The translations under genes and the position numbers were made by a program. Source: Podarcis muralis (Eukaryota). Taken from it: a DNA stretch of 64,000 bases. The number at the start of each line of letters is the position of its first letter. Position 1 is the first letter of the stretch. The notes under the pieces are model-generated. The model made no database searches, had not been told where the DNA came from, and saw only the letters and a list, made by a program, of their open reading frames with translations. Positions 48,821 to 59,655 of this stretch are shown in pieces. The DNA is taken from contig NC_135667.1 in the NCBI RefSeq assembly GCF_964188315.1, forward strand, positions 14,136,001-14,200,000, given 5' to 3'.

Positions 48821-48935
48821 CAGAGCCGTGCAGCAACTCCACACAATACTCCACGCCATCCACGTTGTTTGGTTCCCCTGTTTTCCAGCTTCGGTAATTG
48901 AAGGTTGATTCATCAGCCCACCTCCAACGCCCATT
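48821..48935 (-). CDS. Lectin E exon 5
   Basis: cctgcag|; NGRWRWADESTFNYRSWKTGEPNNVDGVEYCVELLHGS+G|gtaagg; 115 nt. Confidence 0.95.
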
Positions 48936-49444
48936 CTGCAGGAATGATATGGAAGAGATCATGCAGTCATTTGAAATGAGGAGCTCCGTTAAAAGATCAT
49001 GTGGAGCATTGAAACAAAATAAAGAAATTCCTTCCAGTAGCACCTTAGAGACCAACTAAGTTTGTTATTGGGTTGTTATGTGGAGCATTGGTCAGAGTGA
49101 AGCGATTGCCATTTAGGATGGAGATATTAGAGGACCCCCATAAACATAATGGAGAAGTTAAATATTGGATTAATCCTGGGAGATGATTGAGATAAGGACT
49201 GAATGGTGGTGTTAAGAAGCCACTATTCAATGATTAGGGGTGCCAACTTGAATAAAATATTGGGAAGGGAGCTGGTAAGGCAAGGCCCCTATAATCTATC
49301 ACACATTTGAATGACAGTGCCCAATAATGGGGGGAAGGGGCTGGCCCCCTCAAATATTTTATGGGGGGAGGGACCTCAGCCCCTAGGAGTTGGCTCCTAC
49401 ATCACTGACAATGGCCTGAAATAGAATAAGAGTAGACAACTCAC

Positions 49445-49585
49445 CTGCCGGGGATCTTGGAGCCCAATCCAAACATTACTTGGATTTTTCTGGTATGTGG
49501 CAATGTGCTTGGCTACCAAGGCTGCCTCTTTCTCAGTGAGGATAGAGGCAAGGTGGGTCCCACGGCCATAGCTCTGGCACTCAAT
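49445..49585 (-). CDS. Lectin E exon 4
   Basis: tttttag|; IECQSYGRGTHLASI...VWIGLQDPRQ|gtgagt; 141 nt. Confidence 0.95.
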
Positions 49586-50691
49586 CTAAAAATGGAAGAA
49601 ACGAAGGATACTTTGTCACAATTCAATGCCCCACTAGCATGGGCGGGGGATGAATTCAATTCAGTTCCCATTTAAAAGCCAATCCCTCACGTTCAAATTG
49701 TCCAACAAGAAGAAAAAAAGATAAGGAAGGAAGGAAGGAGACTGAAACACAGCCATATATTGAAATTCACACTTAAAGAGCATGCATTAGGGGAAAGTCT
49801 GCATTAAAAGGAATCCATGGGTGAAGACAACATGTACAATGAATCATATGAGGGGAAAGGTACAAAACTGCATAGAAAACTGTGTTTGCCAGGATAAATT
49901 TGAACTAAAATGCTGAAGAATTTTCATGAGAAATAAATAAATAAACAAACAAACAAATGACAGATTGCTGCAGAAATGTGAGGAACGGAATTTAAAATTG
50001 GAAGAATGAGATACTGCAAGAAAAACACACACCACATATTCGTACCTACCAATACCAAAGTGAAATTCTCAAAAGGTGAGGTTCCCTGTGGAACTTGTCA
50101 GATGCAATGTTACTATTCTGACAGCACCTCCAGGCTCTGAGTATTTTGCATGAGGAATTGAAGGACATACCAACGTACAATTAGAGGGAATAAAAATGAT
50201 CTGTGATTTTAGGGCAATAAATCTACTACAGAAACAATAATTTTTGAGGTTAGGAAAGTGATGGAGAAATGCTTAGAAAAGTGTGGGATGGATGGACGAT
50301 TAATAGGATGTTATATAAACACTCATGCAAATTAAGATGAATGTTCATTGTTGTATAATCTCTCTACATTCTAATAGCCACTTAAGGTTTTTGAAACCAA
50401 ATAAGGAAACATAGCTGAATACAAATATCACATGAGGGAGCTGTAAACTGGTCTAACAAACTGAAAATCAGCATTATTTTAATTGTTAATATTGTGAAAG
50501 CTTCAGAAAGACAGAATATGTGTTTGGCTATATTTAAGGAAATCTGAGCTTTGAAGGATTTCCTTTGGAATATCAAACTGATATTAGCTCAAGCTCTGCA
50601 ATCCAGGAGGTTAACTTTCCATCCATCTGGCTGCATTCTTTTTTTGACACTCCAGACCACACAACCCACTAGTAAACCATAGGATGTAAAC

Positions 50692-50926
50692 CAGCCTTTC
50701 TCAACCTGTGGGTCCCCAGATGTTGTTGAACTACAACTCCCATCACCCCTGGCTAGCAAGGCCAGAACTCAGGGATGATGGGAGTTGTACATAGCTGTCA
50801 ACGTTCCCCCTTTTTAAAGGGAAATTCCCTTATTCTGAATAGGATTCCTTGCAAGAAAAGGGAAAAGTTGACAGCTATGGAGTTGTAGTACAACAACATC
50901 TGGGGACCCACAGGTTGAGAACTGCT
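50692..50926. mobile_element. Palindromic MITE with a nested 90-bp hAT-type mini-element (50790-50879)
   Basis: Outer ends tttctcaacctgtgggtccccagatgttg ... caacatctggggacccacaggttgagaa; inner TIRs catagctgtcaac/gttgacagctatg with 8-bp TSD gagttgta (50782-50789, 50880-50887). Confidence 0.88.
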
Positions 50927-51059
50927 TAAACCAACCCGTTCTCTAAAGCTATGAAGATTTGCAGGAGTGTAGCATTTACCTTGGGTTGGTAAAGCCACTT
51001 CCGCGCTGGAGAGGAGGTGGGGTTGTGGGCCCCATGCCCACTTCACATGCATGGGGGCT

Positions 51060-51767
51060 GACTCACAGCCCCCACAAGACTGGAGGAATCCTCGGACATG
51101 TCATCCCCATGGCCAGCCAATCGGCTGGCCAGGGAGGCGTGGCCTGGGCTAATTAGGGCTGGTGCGGCTAAGGATTTCCCTCTCTTCTTCGCTCCAGCTG
51201 CTCTGATTTCCCACCCCGCCCACCCTTAGGTTTGGCTCTACGACATTGCTATGGACTTCGGTTGGTCGCCGTCAAGGGGCCTGGTAGGAATTTTTTCCAC
51301 TTGGCAAATTGGCACCAACCATTTGGTTTTTCGCCTACCTCGTAGCAAATCGTCACAACATCCTCAGCATTGGCGGTTAGGCATTGGTAAGGGTGTTGTT
51401 ATGCAGATGGGGGGGGGGGAGGAAGCGCCATCACCTTCCCCCAAAGTGAAGGGTAGTCCGGTAAAGGATTCCGGGGGGGCGTTGCCCTGTCTGAAGCCTA
51501 TGGAGGTGTGGGCCTAAGGCACGCCCCCGAGCGGTGACCCCGGGGGAGCTCCTAGTTGATGTACATCAGCAGGACTCCCCCTACTGTCGGCTAACCCTTG
51601 CCGGTCTTCAAGCAATCAGGCCGAAGCCGGTTAGTCGATAGGACCAATGCCTAAGCCAATACCGCTCAATTCCTGCAATCAATAATGGGCCTTTTTCGCC
51701 CATTAACCTTAAACGCTGTGTCTTGTGTCTTATTTTCCAAGGGGGGAGGCGGGTACTCGCCAGGCAA
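51060..51767 (+). mobile_element. Coding-less relative of the YR element (terminal segments joined) in lectin E intron 3
   Basis: ~51067-51135 aligns to ~45100-45175 and ~51368-51767 aligns to ~47058-47472; no ORFs between. Confidence 0.8.
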
Positions 51768-52133
51768 ATCCCTTTGGAAGTCACAGGAAGCTAAGTGGCC
51801 TCTTGTAATATCTGAGTCTATTCACAAATATGCATGTTGAGCACAGGTGGAGGGTCAAAACAAACACTTCAATAAGCCCAAGTTTGCATATTCCAAATGA
51901 TCTCTACAGAGGCAAACAATGTCTGACCCCCCCCCCCCCTTTTTAGCCCACATGCCTTTTCCTAAAACTGCACACTATTGTTCTTTTCATGCACAGATGA
52001 CTTCTTTCTTCTCCTGGGTTGGTAAACTACTTCACCTTATCATAACAAATCAAATCTCTTTTGTTCAGTCTAAGATGCTTCTCGTGTACTTTCACATAAC
52101 ATTATGCTTTCGTAGGAGAGGGATGTGCCTTAC

Positions 52134-52225
52134 CTCAGCATCTTCCCATGACATCTTAAAATCAAAATAAGCATAGCAGTTGCCCTGGTTTTGCATCCAG
52201 TCCCTGGGACATGAGCTGGTCTTCG
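52134..52225 (-). CDS. Lectin E exon 3
   Basis: catacag|; (A)KTSSCPRDWMQNQGNCYAYFDFKMSWEDAE|gtaag; 92 nt. Confidence 0.95.
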
Positions 52226-52382
52226 CTGTATGGAGAAAGAAGGAAGAAAAGAAAGAGGTTTGCTCTTTAGCTATATCATTAGTGATTCCATGAGGAAAAC
52301 ACATAATATTTTAAAACCCTGCTCTTTTGTCCCAATAGGATTAGCTGGGCAAGCTCTCCATTCAAAATCTAAGGAGTACCTT

Positions 52383-52383
<1 letters not shown>

Positions 52384-52433
<50 letters not shown>

Positions 52434-52848
52434 TTTATTTATATCCCGCCCTCCCCAGCCGAAGCCGGGCTCAGGGCGGCTAACAACAATAAAATAGTAC
52501 AACATTCTAAAATCATTTCACTATAAAATTAATTCAAATCAAATTGATGGCAACCATTAGGCTAAAGTTCTGTGAAGATTGCCAAAGGAGGGAGTCAGGC
52601 TGTGCCCTGACCAAAGGCCTGGTGGAACAACTCTGTCTTGCAGGCCCTAGGGAAAGATGTCAAGTCCCTCAGGGCCCTAGTCTCTTGTGACAGAGCGTTC
52701 CATCAGATTGGAGCCACAGCCGAGAAAGCCCTGGCTCTAGTTGAGGCCAGCCTAACCTCTCTGTGGTCTGGGACCTTCAGGATGTTTTTGTTTGAAGACC
52801 CTAAGTTACTCTGTGGGACATACCAGGAGAGGCAGTCCCGTAGGTACG
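52384..52848 (-). mobile_element. L2 LINE 3' fragment (second subfamily) in lectin E intron 2
   Basis: Closely similar to 40786-41260, with a (TTA)n tail. Confidence 0.9.
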
Positions 52849-52908
52849 ACTGCTTAGTGACTGCTTAGTCCTATGCCAGACTTCTGGGTGATTTGGTATA
52901 ATGCTCAC

Positions 52909-52975
52909 CTCCTGGGAAAGAACTCGAGACCAGAATTCCAAGAAGGTAAAGGCTGAACTTGGTGACGAATCCCAT
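52909..52975 (-). CDS. Lectin E exon 2 (signal peptide)
   Basis: ttccaaag|gtaaacaaaggaagATG; MGFVTKFSLYLLGILVSSSFPG+G|gtgagc; 67 nt. Confidence 0.92.
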
Positions 52976-53399
52976 CTTCCTTTGTTTACCTTTGGAAAAG
53001 AGTAATGTACCATGAATTCAAGAGGTGCATTCATGGAATGTCATTGATCCAGAATGGTGATTGAAGAGAGGGGAAAGTAAGTATTTTTCTGTATTTTTCT
53101 GTATTTAAAATAACAATTATCTTTTATTTGAACTTTTATTTGAAGTTTAGAGGAAGAAGAAAGAATTTAAAGTTTCAAATTGTCAGGGTTGATGAATCAT
53201 ACACGCTAATGGGACTTCCACACTAGGAATTTAAATGTGGAATTGCCATTCTTTGCCTGGTAAAAGTGGAGTGAACTGTAAAAGTGGAGCTGTTGAAATG
53301 TAGAAAGCTTTATAGAGAAAGGTTGGAGACCATTGAGCAGGTGACTGTAAAACCCTCCAGCTGGAAGCACCTTAATTCTGGTATCTGTTTTCTGTATGG

Positions 53400-53592
53400 C
53401 AGGGGTGGCCAACTCCCAAGAGACTGCGATCTAGTCACAGAGTTAAAAACTGGCAGTGATCTACCCGCTTTTGCGGGGGTTCAGATCAAAGTTGTTGAGC
53501 TTCTTTGGAAGGAGCCAGTGATCTACCAGTGATCTACCACAGACATCCAGTGATCTACCGATAGATCACAAACTACCTGTTGGATGTGCCTG
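53400..53592. mobile_element. hAT (Charlie-like) MITE in lectin E intron 1
   Basis: caggggtggccaac ... gttggatgtgcctg; TSD ctgtatgg/ctatatgg (7 of 8 match); gatctacc repeats shared with 43157-43593. Confidence 0.82.
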
Positions 53593-54916
53593 CTATATGG
53601 AAAACGATTTACTCCCAAGCAAATGTGATGATTCAATATCAGGGTTGTTCCCCCCCCTCCAATGATCTTAACCTAGATTTCAATCTACTTTCTGCATTGT
53701 CCAGGCAGCTACACGTAAACAAACGGTTTTGCATATTCCTTATGTCAGAGGTATGTCATGTGGCCCTTTTAGAGGGTGTTGGACTGGAACTATCATCATT
53801 CTCAACCATTAGACATACTTTCTGGGGCTGATGGGAGTTGGAGTCCAGCAATATTTTGAGGTCTCAGGATTTCCCACCCCCTCCTAATGCAAACTCCAGG
53901 ATGTCAGCAGGAGTTGTAATTTGAACACACACCTTTCTTTCTCAAACAATCTCCATCTAATTGGCAGTAATCTAAGCAATCTGGATGTAGTGGGGATCTC
54001 CCCTGGATTTGAGTGCACTGGTCTCTTTCTTTTTTTAAAAAAATGCTTCTCCCTCTCAAAGTCTCCCAGTCATTCTTATCTTCTGAGCATCTATCCTCTT
54101 GCTCCCTTTCCAAACCAGCCTCAGAAACAGTGTCTAGTTTAACATAAAATGCAGGGGGCTTTAGTCCCATTCCTTCCTTAACTGTAGTAACTGTGTAAAT
54201 TAAGATTTTATATAGTGCAAACAAAATAGGAAACCCCATTAATACTTCATCCCTTGGTGCAGCCATAAGTTATGAGAGAGAAGAGCACACCTCCTCTGTA
54301 AGAGTATCCTGTAAGAATAGTAATGTACAGTATTGCTCTCAATCACACCATCAAGTCATCCTTTTTTTGCATATCTAGCAAAGCAAATAATCATGTTTGA
54401 GAAAGTTTGATGTCCTGTGTGTTTCTTTCCTGTGGCTTCAACCTGTGATTGGTTGCCTCCTAAATTTGATGGATAGGATATTGGAAAATTCTGCACCTGT
54501 ATTGGTTGAGGCACTATTTGGTGATGGTGCCTCTGCTCTGGCAGAGGAGGGTTTGGCTGGAAAATGGCATGGCTAGTTTGGCTGGTATGGGGTAGCCCAC
54601 TAGCATTATCCATCTAAACAAGGAGATATGGAGGGGCAGAGGCAGGACAGAGGTGGCCTTGCATGTGCTGAATAAAAATCACTGGAATTATCAAGGTGTT
54701 TCCCTCCCCTCGCCAATGATCTTTACTGATCTTACACAGCTGGGGAAATTCAATGGGAAATTCAACTGTGTTGAAAAATTCAAAGAGGAACCAATTTCAA
54801 AGGGTGGCTGTGTTTCAGCTCTCATATTGTTTCAGACAGTGCAAATTCAATAAGTTTGTCTTTGAATGGAAACTGAACGGAATTTCTCTCCATCCCCAAC
54901 CTCAATTCCAACTTAC

Positions 54917-55016
54917 CCAGGTTCAGTCCTGTTGAGGTGGTGGATTCCTCTTTCTACAGGCAAGTCTGTCTCCCAAGTTGGCTGCCTTAATTCTTATATG
55001 GAGCTTAGTCAGGTCA
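54917..55016 (-). promoter_or_regulatory. Lectin E proximal promoter and non-coding exon 1 (donor after 54917; ATATAAG 54993-54999)
   Basis: Closely homologous to the lectin D promoter/exon 1. Confidence 0.7.
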
Positions 55017-55454
55017 GAGGCAGGGGAAAGGAGGAATGAATGTTTAAAATTGGGGCTTGGCGAGGTCTAGTTTTTAGAAGAAAATAGGAAATGACTGAGG
55101 GGAGCTAAACTCCTCTCCACTCTTTGCCTCCTCATGCTATTTAATTTCCCCCTCTTTGGCTTAACTGGAATATAAGTAACTGTGGTGATGGAGGGTGGGG
55201 AGCTTAAACTGGGGAGTGTTCTACTTCTTCTACTACACACATGCCCTTGCTTCCTTCTCCTCAACTTCTCAACCCACAAACCCACATAGTATATGTATAC
55301 TCACTTACCTGTGGAAACTGAATGGGACTTTGCTGGAAGAAGGATGAGGACAGATATTTGGGTATAGGGTATAATGCTAGTGAGAGCCCCCAATACAAAA
55401 TATAAATCAGTAGCCATAGCATCAGAAATGAGTTTGCGATTGTCTCCAACTTAC

Positions 55455-55538
55455 CCAAGTTTCGTCCTGTGAGGTGATGGATATAGCGTTATGCAGGGGC
55501 AAGTTTGTCTCTGAAGCTGCTGCCTCGATTCTTATATA
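55455..55538 (-). promoter_or_regulatory. Second (distal) lectin-type promoter and non-coding exon 1 upstream of gene E
   Basis: TATATAAGAAT (55531-55538) followed by a sequence alignable to B/C exon 1 and an intact tgg|gtaagttgg donor. Confidence 0.7.
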
Positions 55539-56416
55539 GATCTTGGTGAAGCTGGGAGTTGGGGCAGGGAAGGGGAAAGGATGAAAGTTCAATCACTTGC
55601 CATATGTTGAGTAGATATGGATAGGAGAAATATGTTTCAATTTCCCTGAAATTACCACAATTAGTCCATTCAGTATACAGTTAGGTTTCTGGCAATGGGT
55701 TGGAAAGCAAATACCCTAAATAAAATAAGCACACATAATTGACATCAGATGATGCATCTACCATCTGGGGCTTAGTCCATATCTAGGTGGAGTACTTTTT
55801 TGATATGTTTGATTTTAAAATGAAAGGGGAACAGAGTGCACGTTTTGCTCAAGGGCACAGACTTCGCATTGTTGCGAAGAATGGCCAGCTTCCTTCAAAA
55901 TGGAGTGTTTACATTGTAACATTTCCCAGTATCCTCTGCTACATGAAGGGATTCCATGATAGGCAAATCCACGTGGCAAAGATTTAATGAAGCCACAACT
56001 GTGAAAATAGCTTCTATAAATTCAAACTAGTTTCCTTTTTAAATCTACATTTAAAAATGGAACTTGGTGAAGTCCATTTTTTCCCATGAAAATGAAAGAT
56101 GATTTCTTTCATTCTTTCAGGGAGAACTGAGATCTCAATCTCTTTGCTGTCCATGCTCTTTTACTTTAGGTTTTCCTCCTCCCTGGTTCAATTCGAGGAT
56201 TTCCAGGATTGTTTTTAGATATGCTGTAAGCCGCCCAGAGTGGCTGGGTTGTTGTTGTTGTTGTTATGGCTGGGAGAAAATCTAGGCAGGGATAAGGGTG
56301 GGTTTCATCTCCCATCACCCCCCACTAGCATCCAGTTGACTCAATTATTTATTATTTATTGAAATTATATACCACCCAATACCCAGAGGTCTCGGGGTGG
56401 TTCACTTATAAAGATC

Positions 56417-56461
<45 letters not shown>

Positions 56462-56519
56462 CCATAGCTCAATAATACCTCCCCCCAAAGAGCCACATAC
56501 ACAAGCGTATGGGATGTTG

Positions 56520-56760
56520 CTCAGGTCAACCAAAGACCTAGTTAAAAGTGAATGTTTTTGCCTGGCACTTAAAGGTTGTTAATGAAGGCGCCAGGTAAAC
56601 TTCCCTGGGGAGAGCATTCCACAGACGGGGAGCCACTGCAGAGAAGGCCCATTCTCATGTTGCCACCCTCCAGTCCTCTCGAGGAGGTGACACACGAAGG
56701 AGAGCCTCAGAAGATGATCTCATATTCATATGGAAAGAGGCTGTTCTATCACCAGAATAT
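56520..56760 (-). mobile_element. Degenerate L2-like 3' fragment (third family)
   Basis: gagagcattccacagacggggagccactgcagagaaggcc resembles the reverse complement of the L2 RAFSVAAP..WNALP region. Confidence 0.55.
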
Positions 56761-57843
56761 TATGGAAAGAGGTGGAACCTACTACTAGAGTATTGTGTGG
56801 ATAGCCCCTGGTATCTGCTACTAAACCTCTGTGGCCGCTGTATTTTTCTGGTGACAGCAATTTCCTCACACACAGCCCCTCACAGCACTTGGGTGCTTAT
56901 GGAAAAAAGACATCCACCAGGGCAGAGATAGGAGTTTTGTTTGTTTGTTTTGAAGAGCATCTAGAGTGGGTGTAAGTAGGGATGCTGGTCTGAATATCTC
57001 TTTTACAGGAACAGAGAAAATATTCTCACAGCATCCAGAAGTCTGAGTTTAAACATGTATGTCCACTGTCATATTATTTAAATTACGCTTGATGCTTTGC
57101 ATGTTTGTATGGTCCACTGGGGATTTTTTTTCTTAACACACACATACACACACGTCACACGTCTTTTGCGTATAAAGTTTAATTCAGACTTTTCACAATA
57201 CAATAAAAAGAAACTATTCAAAACAGAAAAGGATAAAAAGAAAAGAATGAAACAAAAGAAGAAAAAGAGCCAGATGAATATAAAGTTCTCTCTCACATAT
57301 ATCCTAACTTTGAGCAATGAAATTTGTTTAAAAGATACATTTATTATGTAGGAACTGTATAATTATGGTCTTCCTGGGATCAAGGTCATGTCCCACCGAC
57401 TTCTAATTTATTTTGGTAAGCAGAATGGTAAACTAGCACGAATTAACAAGAGCTCAAATGATTTTGATGTCCTATTTTTCAATCACTCAGCAGCTACTCC
57501 ATTTTCAATCCTGCTGCAAATTGCTTCCACATAACATTCCATTTGGACAACACCCTGGTGAAGCAGACCCCTGTAAGTAACAGTATTATGGCCTCAGCCT
57601 AATGTGTAGCAATTAGCGTGTTGTCCTAGGCACTGGGAAACCAGGGTCCAAATTCCCATTCAGCCATGGGTCAGATGCCATCTCTCAATCTAAGCTTCTT
57701 CAGAGTTGTTGAGAAAACAATAGCAAGAGAGGGAGAATTATGTGATCCTTGGATGGCATAGAAGATGGAATATAAAAACAAAGGAAATAACATCTCCTTG
57801 CCCCAAATTAAGGTCCCCGACTAATGGCATCTCTTTCGCCTTC

Positions 57844-58754
57844 TCAACTATGGTCATCCTTCTTCCTTACTAACCTCTCTCTACTGTTCATCTCAGGTCT
57901 AAGTATAATGATGAAGATTTTAGGGAGGAAGATGCAACCCAGTAAGCCAGCAGTAGAGGCCAAGATGGAGAAGATCTCCACAGCCACCATGTATTTCCCT
58001 TTGGTGCTCAGATAAGTGGGGACAAAGGACAGCCAAACACTGCAGAAGACCAGCATGCTGAAGGTAATCAACTTGGCTTCATTGAAAGTATCAGGCAACT
58101 TCCTGGCAAAGAAAGCCACAGAGAAGCTCACAATGGCCAAAAGACCCATGTAGCCGAGAATAAGGTGGAACATGATGTCGGAGCCTTCATTGCACTGCAC
58201 TATGATCTGCCCATCCTGGGAGTGCAGGTCAAACTCTGGGAATGGGGGAGAGGATGCCAGCCACCCAAGACAGATGCCAGCTTGAATGAGAGAACAGAAG
58301 GTGATAAGGGATCCTGCCAGTCTCTTCCCAAGCCATTTCCTCAGGCTGTTCCCAGGCTTGGTCACCATGAATGCCAAAACCACAGTGAGGGTTTTGGCTA
58401 ACACACAAGCCACAGCAATGGAGAAGACGATGCCAAAGACGGTTTGCCTCAAGACACAGGTCACCTTTGTAGGCCTGCCAATGAATAAGAAGGAGCAGAG
58501 AAAGCAGAGAAGCAGAGAAGAGAGCAAGGTGCAGGTGATGCCCCAGTTGTTGGCTTTGACAATGGGAGTGTTCCAGTGCAGACCGAAGGTCCCCATCACA
58601 ACAACTGTGACCAGAGAAAGCAGGAGAGCCAAGGAGGCCAGAATTGCCCCCAAGGGCTCCTCATAGGATAGGTAGCTTATTTTTTTCAGAATACATTGGT
58701 CCTGAAAGGCATTTGGGTATTGATCATCTGAGCATTTCTCACATTGATCTGCAT
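57844..58754 (-). CDS. V2R exon 6 (end of cysteine-rich domain + 7TM)
   Basis: actttcag|AT GCA GAT; DADQCEKC...LSYEEPLG...NTPIVKANN...[23 protein letters not shown]...[11 protein letters not shown]. Confidence 0.96.
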
Positions 58755-59528
58755 CTGAAAGTGAGAAGCATTCTTTTAGCATTTCTGGAAGCAATGATTA
58801 TTAATATGATTGATACCGTCTGTTATGCTGTACACGAAACATATTACTGAACTGATGAACCAAAGCCTAATTTTTCAACTAAGTGATGGTTCCTCCATGA
58901 GCATCTCAGCTGTACTAATCAATCCATTCATATTTATTTGTCATGGTTAGAGTATACTGATTGATTTCAGTCTTTTCCCCTTAAACATGTCTCTCTCTGC
59001 ATCCAGCCCCATGTCTTTGCATTTCAAGGCTTGCAGCCCAAGTGTTTCTACACTTTCCATAATTGAATTTGGGAGTGGATGAAACAGCCAGGTCGCCTGT
59101 CATTTGCTCACTGGGAAAATCTATATTTGACAAGAAATAACTGTGCCTAAGGACTGAAACTGTGGGGATACAATAGAGAAAATTGTTCACTAGTTGTTAA
59201 TCACAGAAGTTGAAAATCTGTTGGCTGCTGGTTCAATGCTGACAAAAAGGGAATCTATGGAGTGCAATCCTCCTTATTTCTTCCCAGATGTATGTCATCC
59301 TGATTTCAATGGTGGTTACTCCCATGTGGACGCTATTTTACACTATATACTCTTGAATGGCTATCCAAAGGGGAGGAGAGAGGAAAGGGCAATATGTATC
59401 AGTAACATATAAACACATGTGCTTGGGGTCTATGACAGAAAATAAGCGGACACAATAAGACTAAGAAATGAATGTCTGTGTTGGAGAGGAAGATTGGAAT
59501 TCCAGTTGACTTGGGTTTCTTCACTTAC

Positions 59529-59655
59529 CCTTCTGGACTGAAATCCTCCCTTTAGGGCACTGAACACAGTCATAGCAACAGATTTGCTTTCCCTGCTGGG
59601 GAAACATACTCTGTCCAGGGTGGCAGCTCTCAACACAGATGGAAATGGGCAGCAT
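59529..59655 (-). CDS. V2R exon 5 (cysteine-rich domain)
   Basis: attag|; MLPISICVESCHPGQSMFPQQGKQICCYDCVQCPKGRISVQK+G|gtaagt. Confidence 0.93.

Larger units (their letters stand above)
47827..55538 (-). other. C-type lectin gene E, 160 aa, EPN/WND motifs, two candidate promoters
   Basis: Hand-spliced CDS of 483 nt: MGFVTKFSLYLLGILVSSSFPGAKTSSCPRDWMQNQGNCYAYFDFKMSWEDAEIECQSYGRGTHLASILTEKEAALVAKHIATYQKNPSNVWIGLQDPRQNGRWRWADESTFNYRSWKTGEPNNVDGVEYCVELLHGSDLRKWNDRICDEMNTFICKQEL; AATAAA (-) at 47827-47832. Confidence 0.93.
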
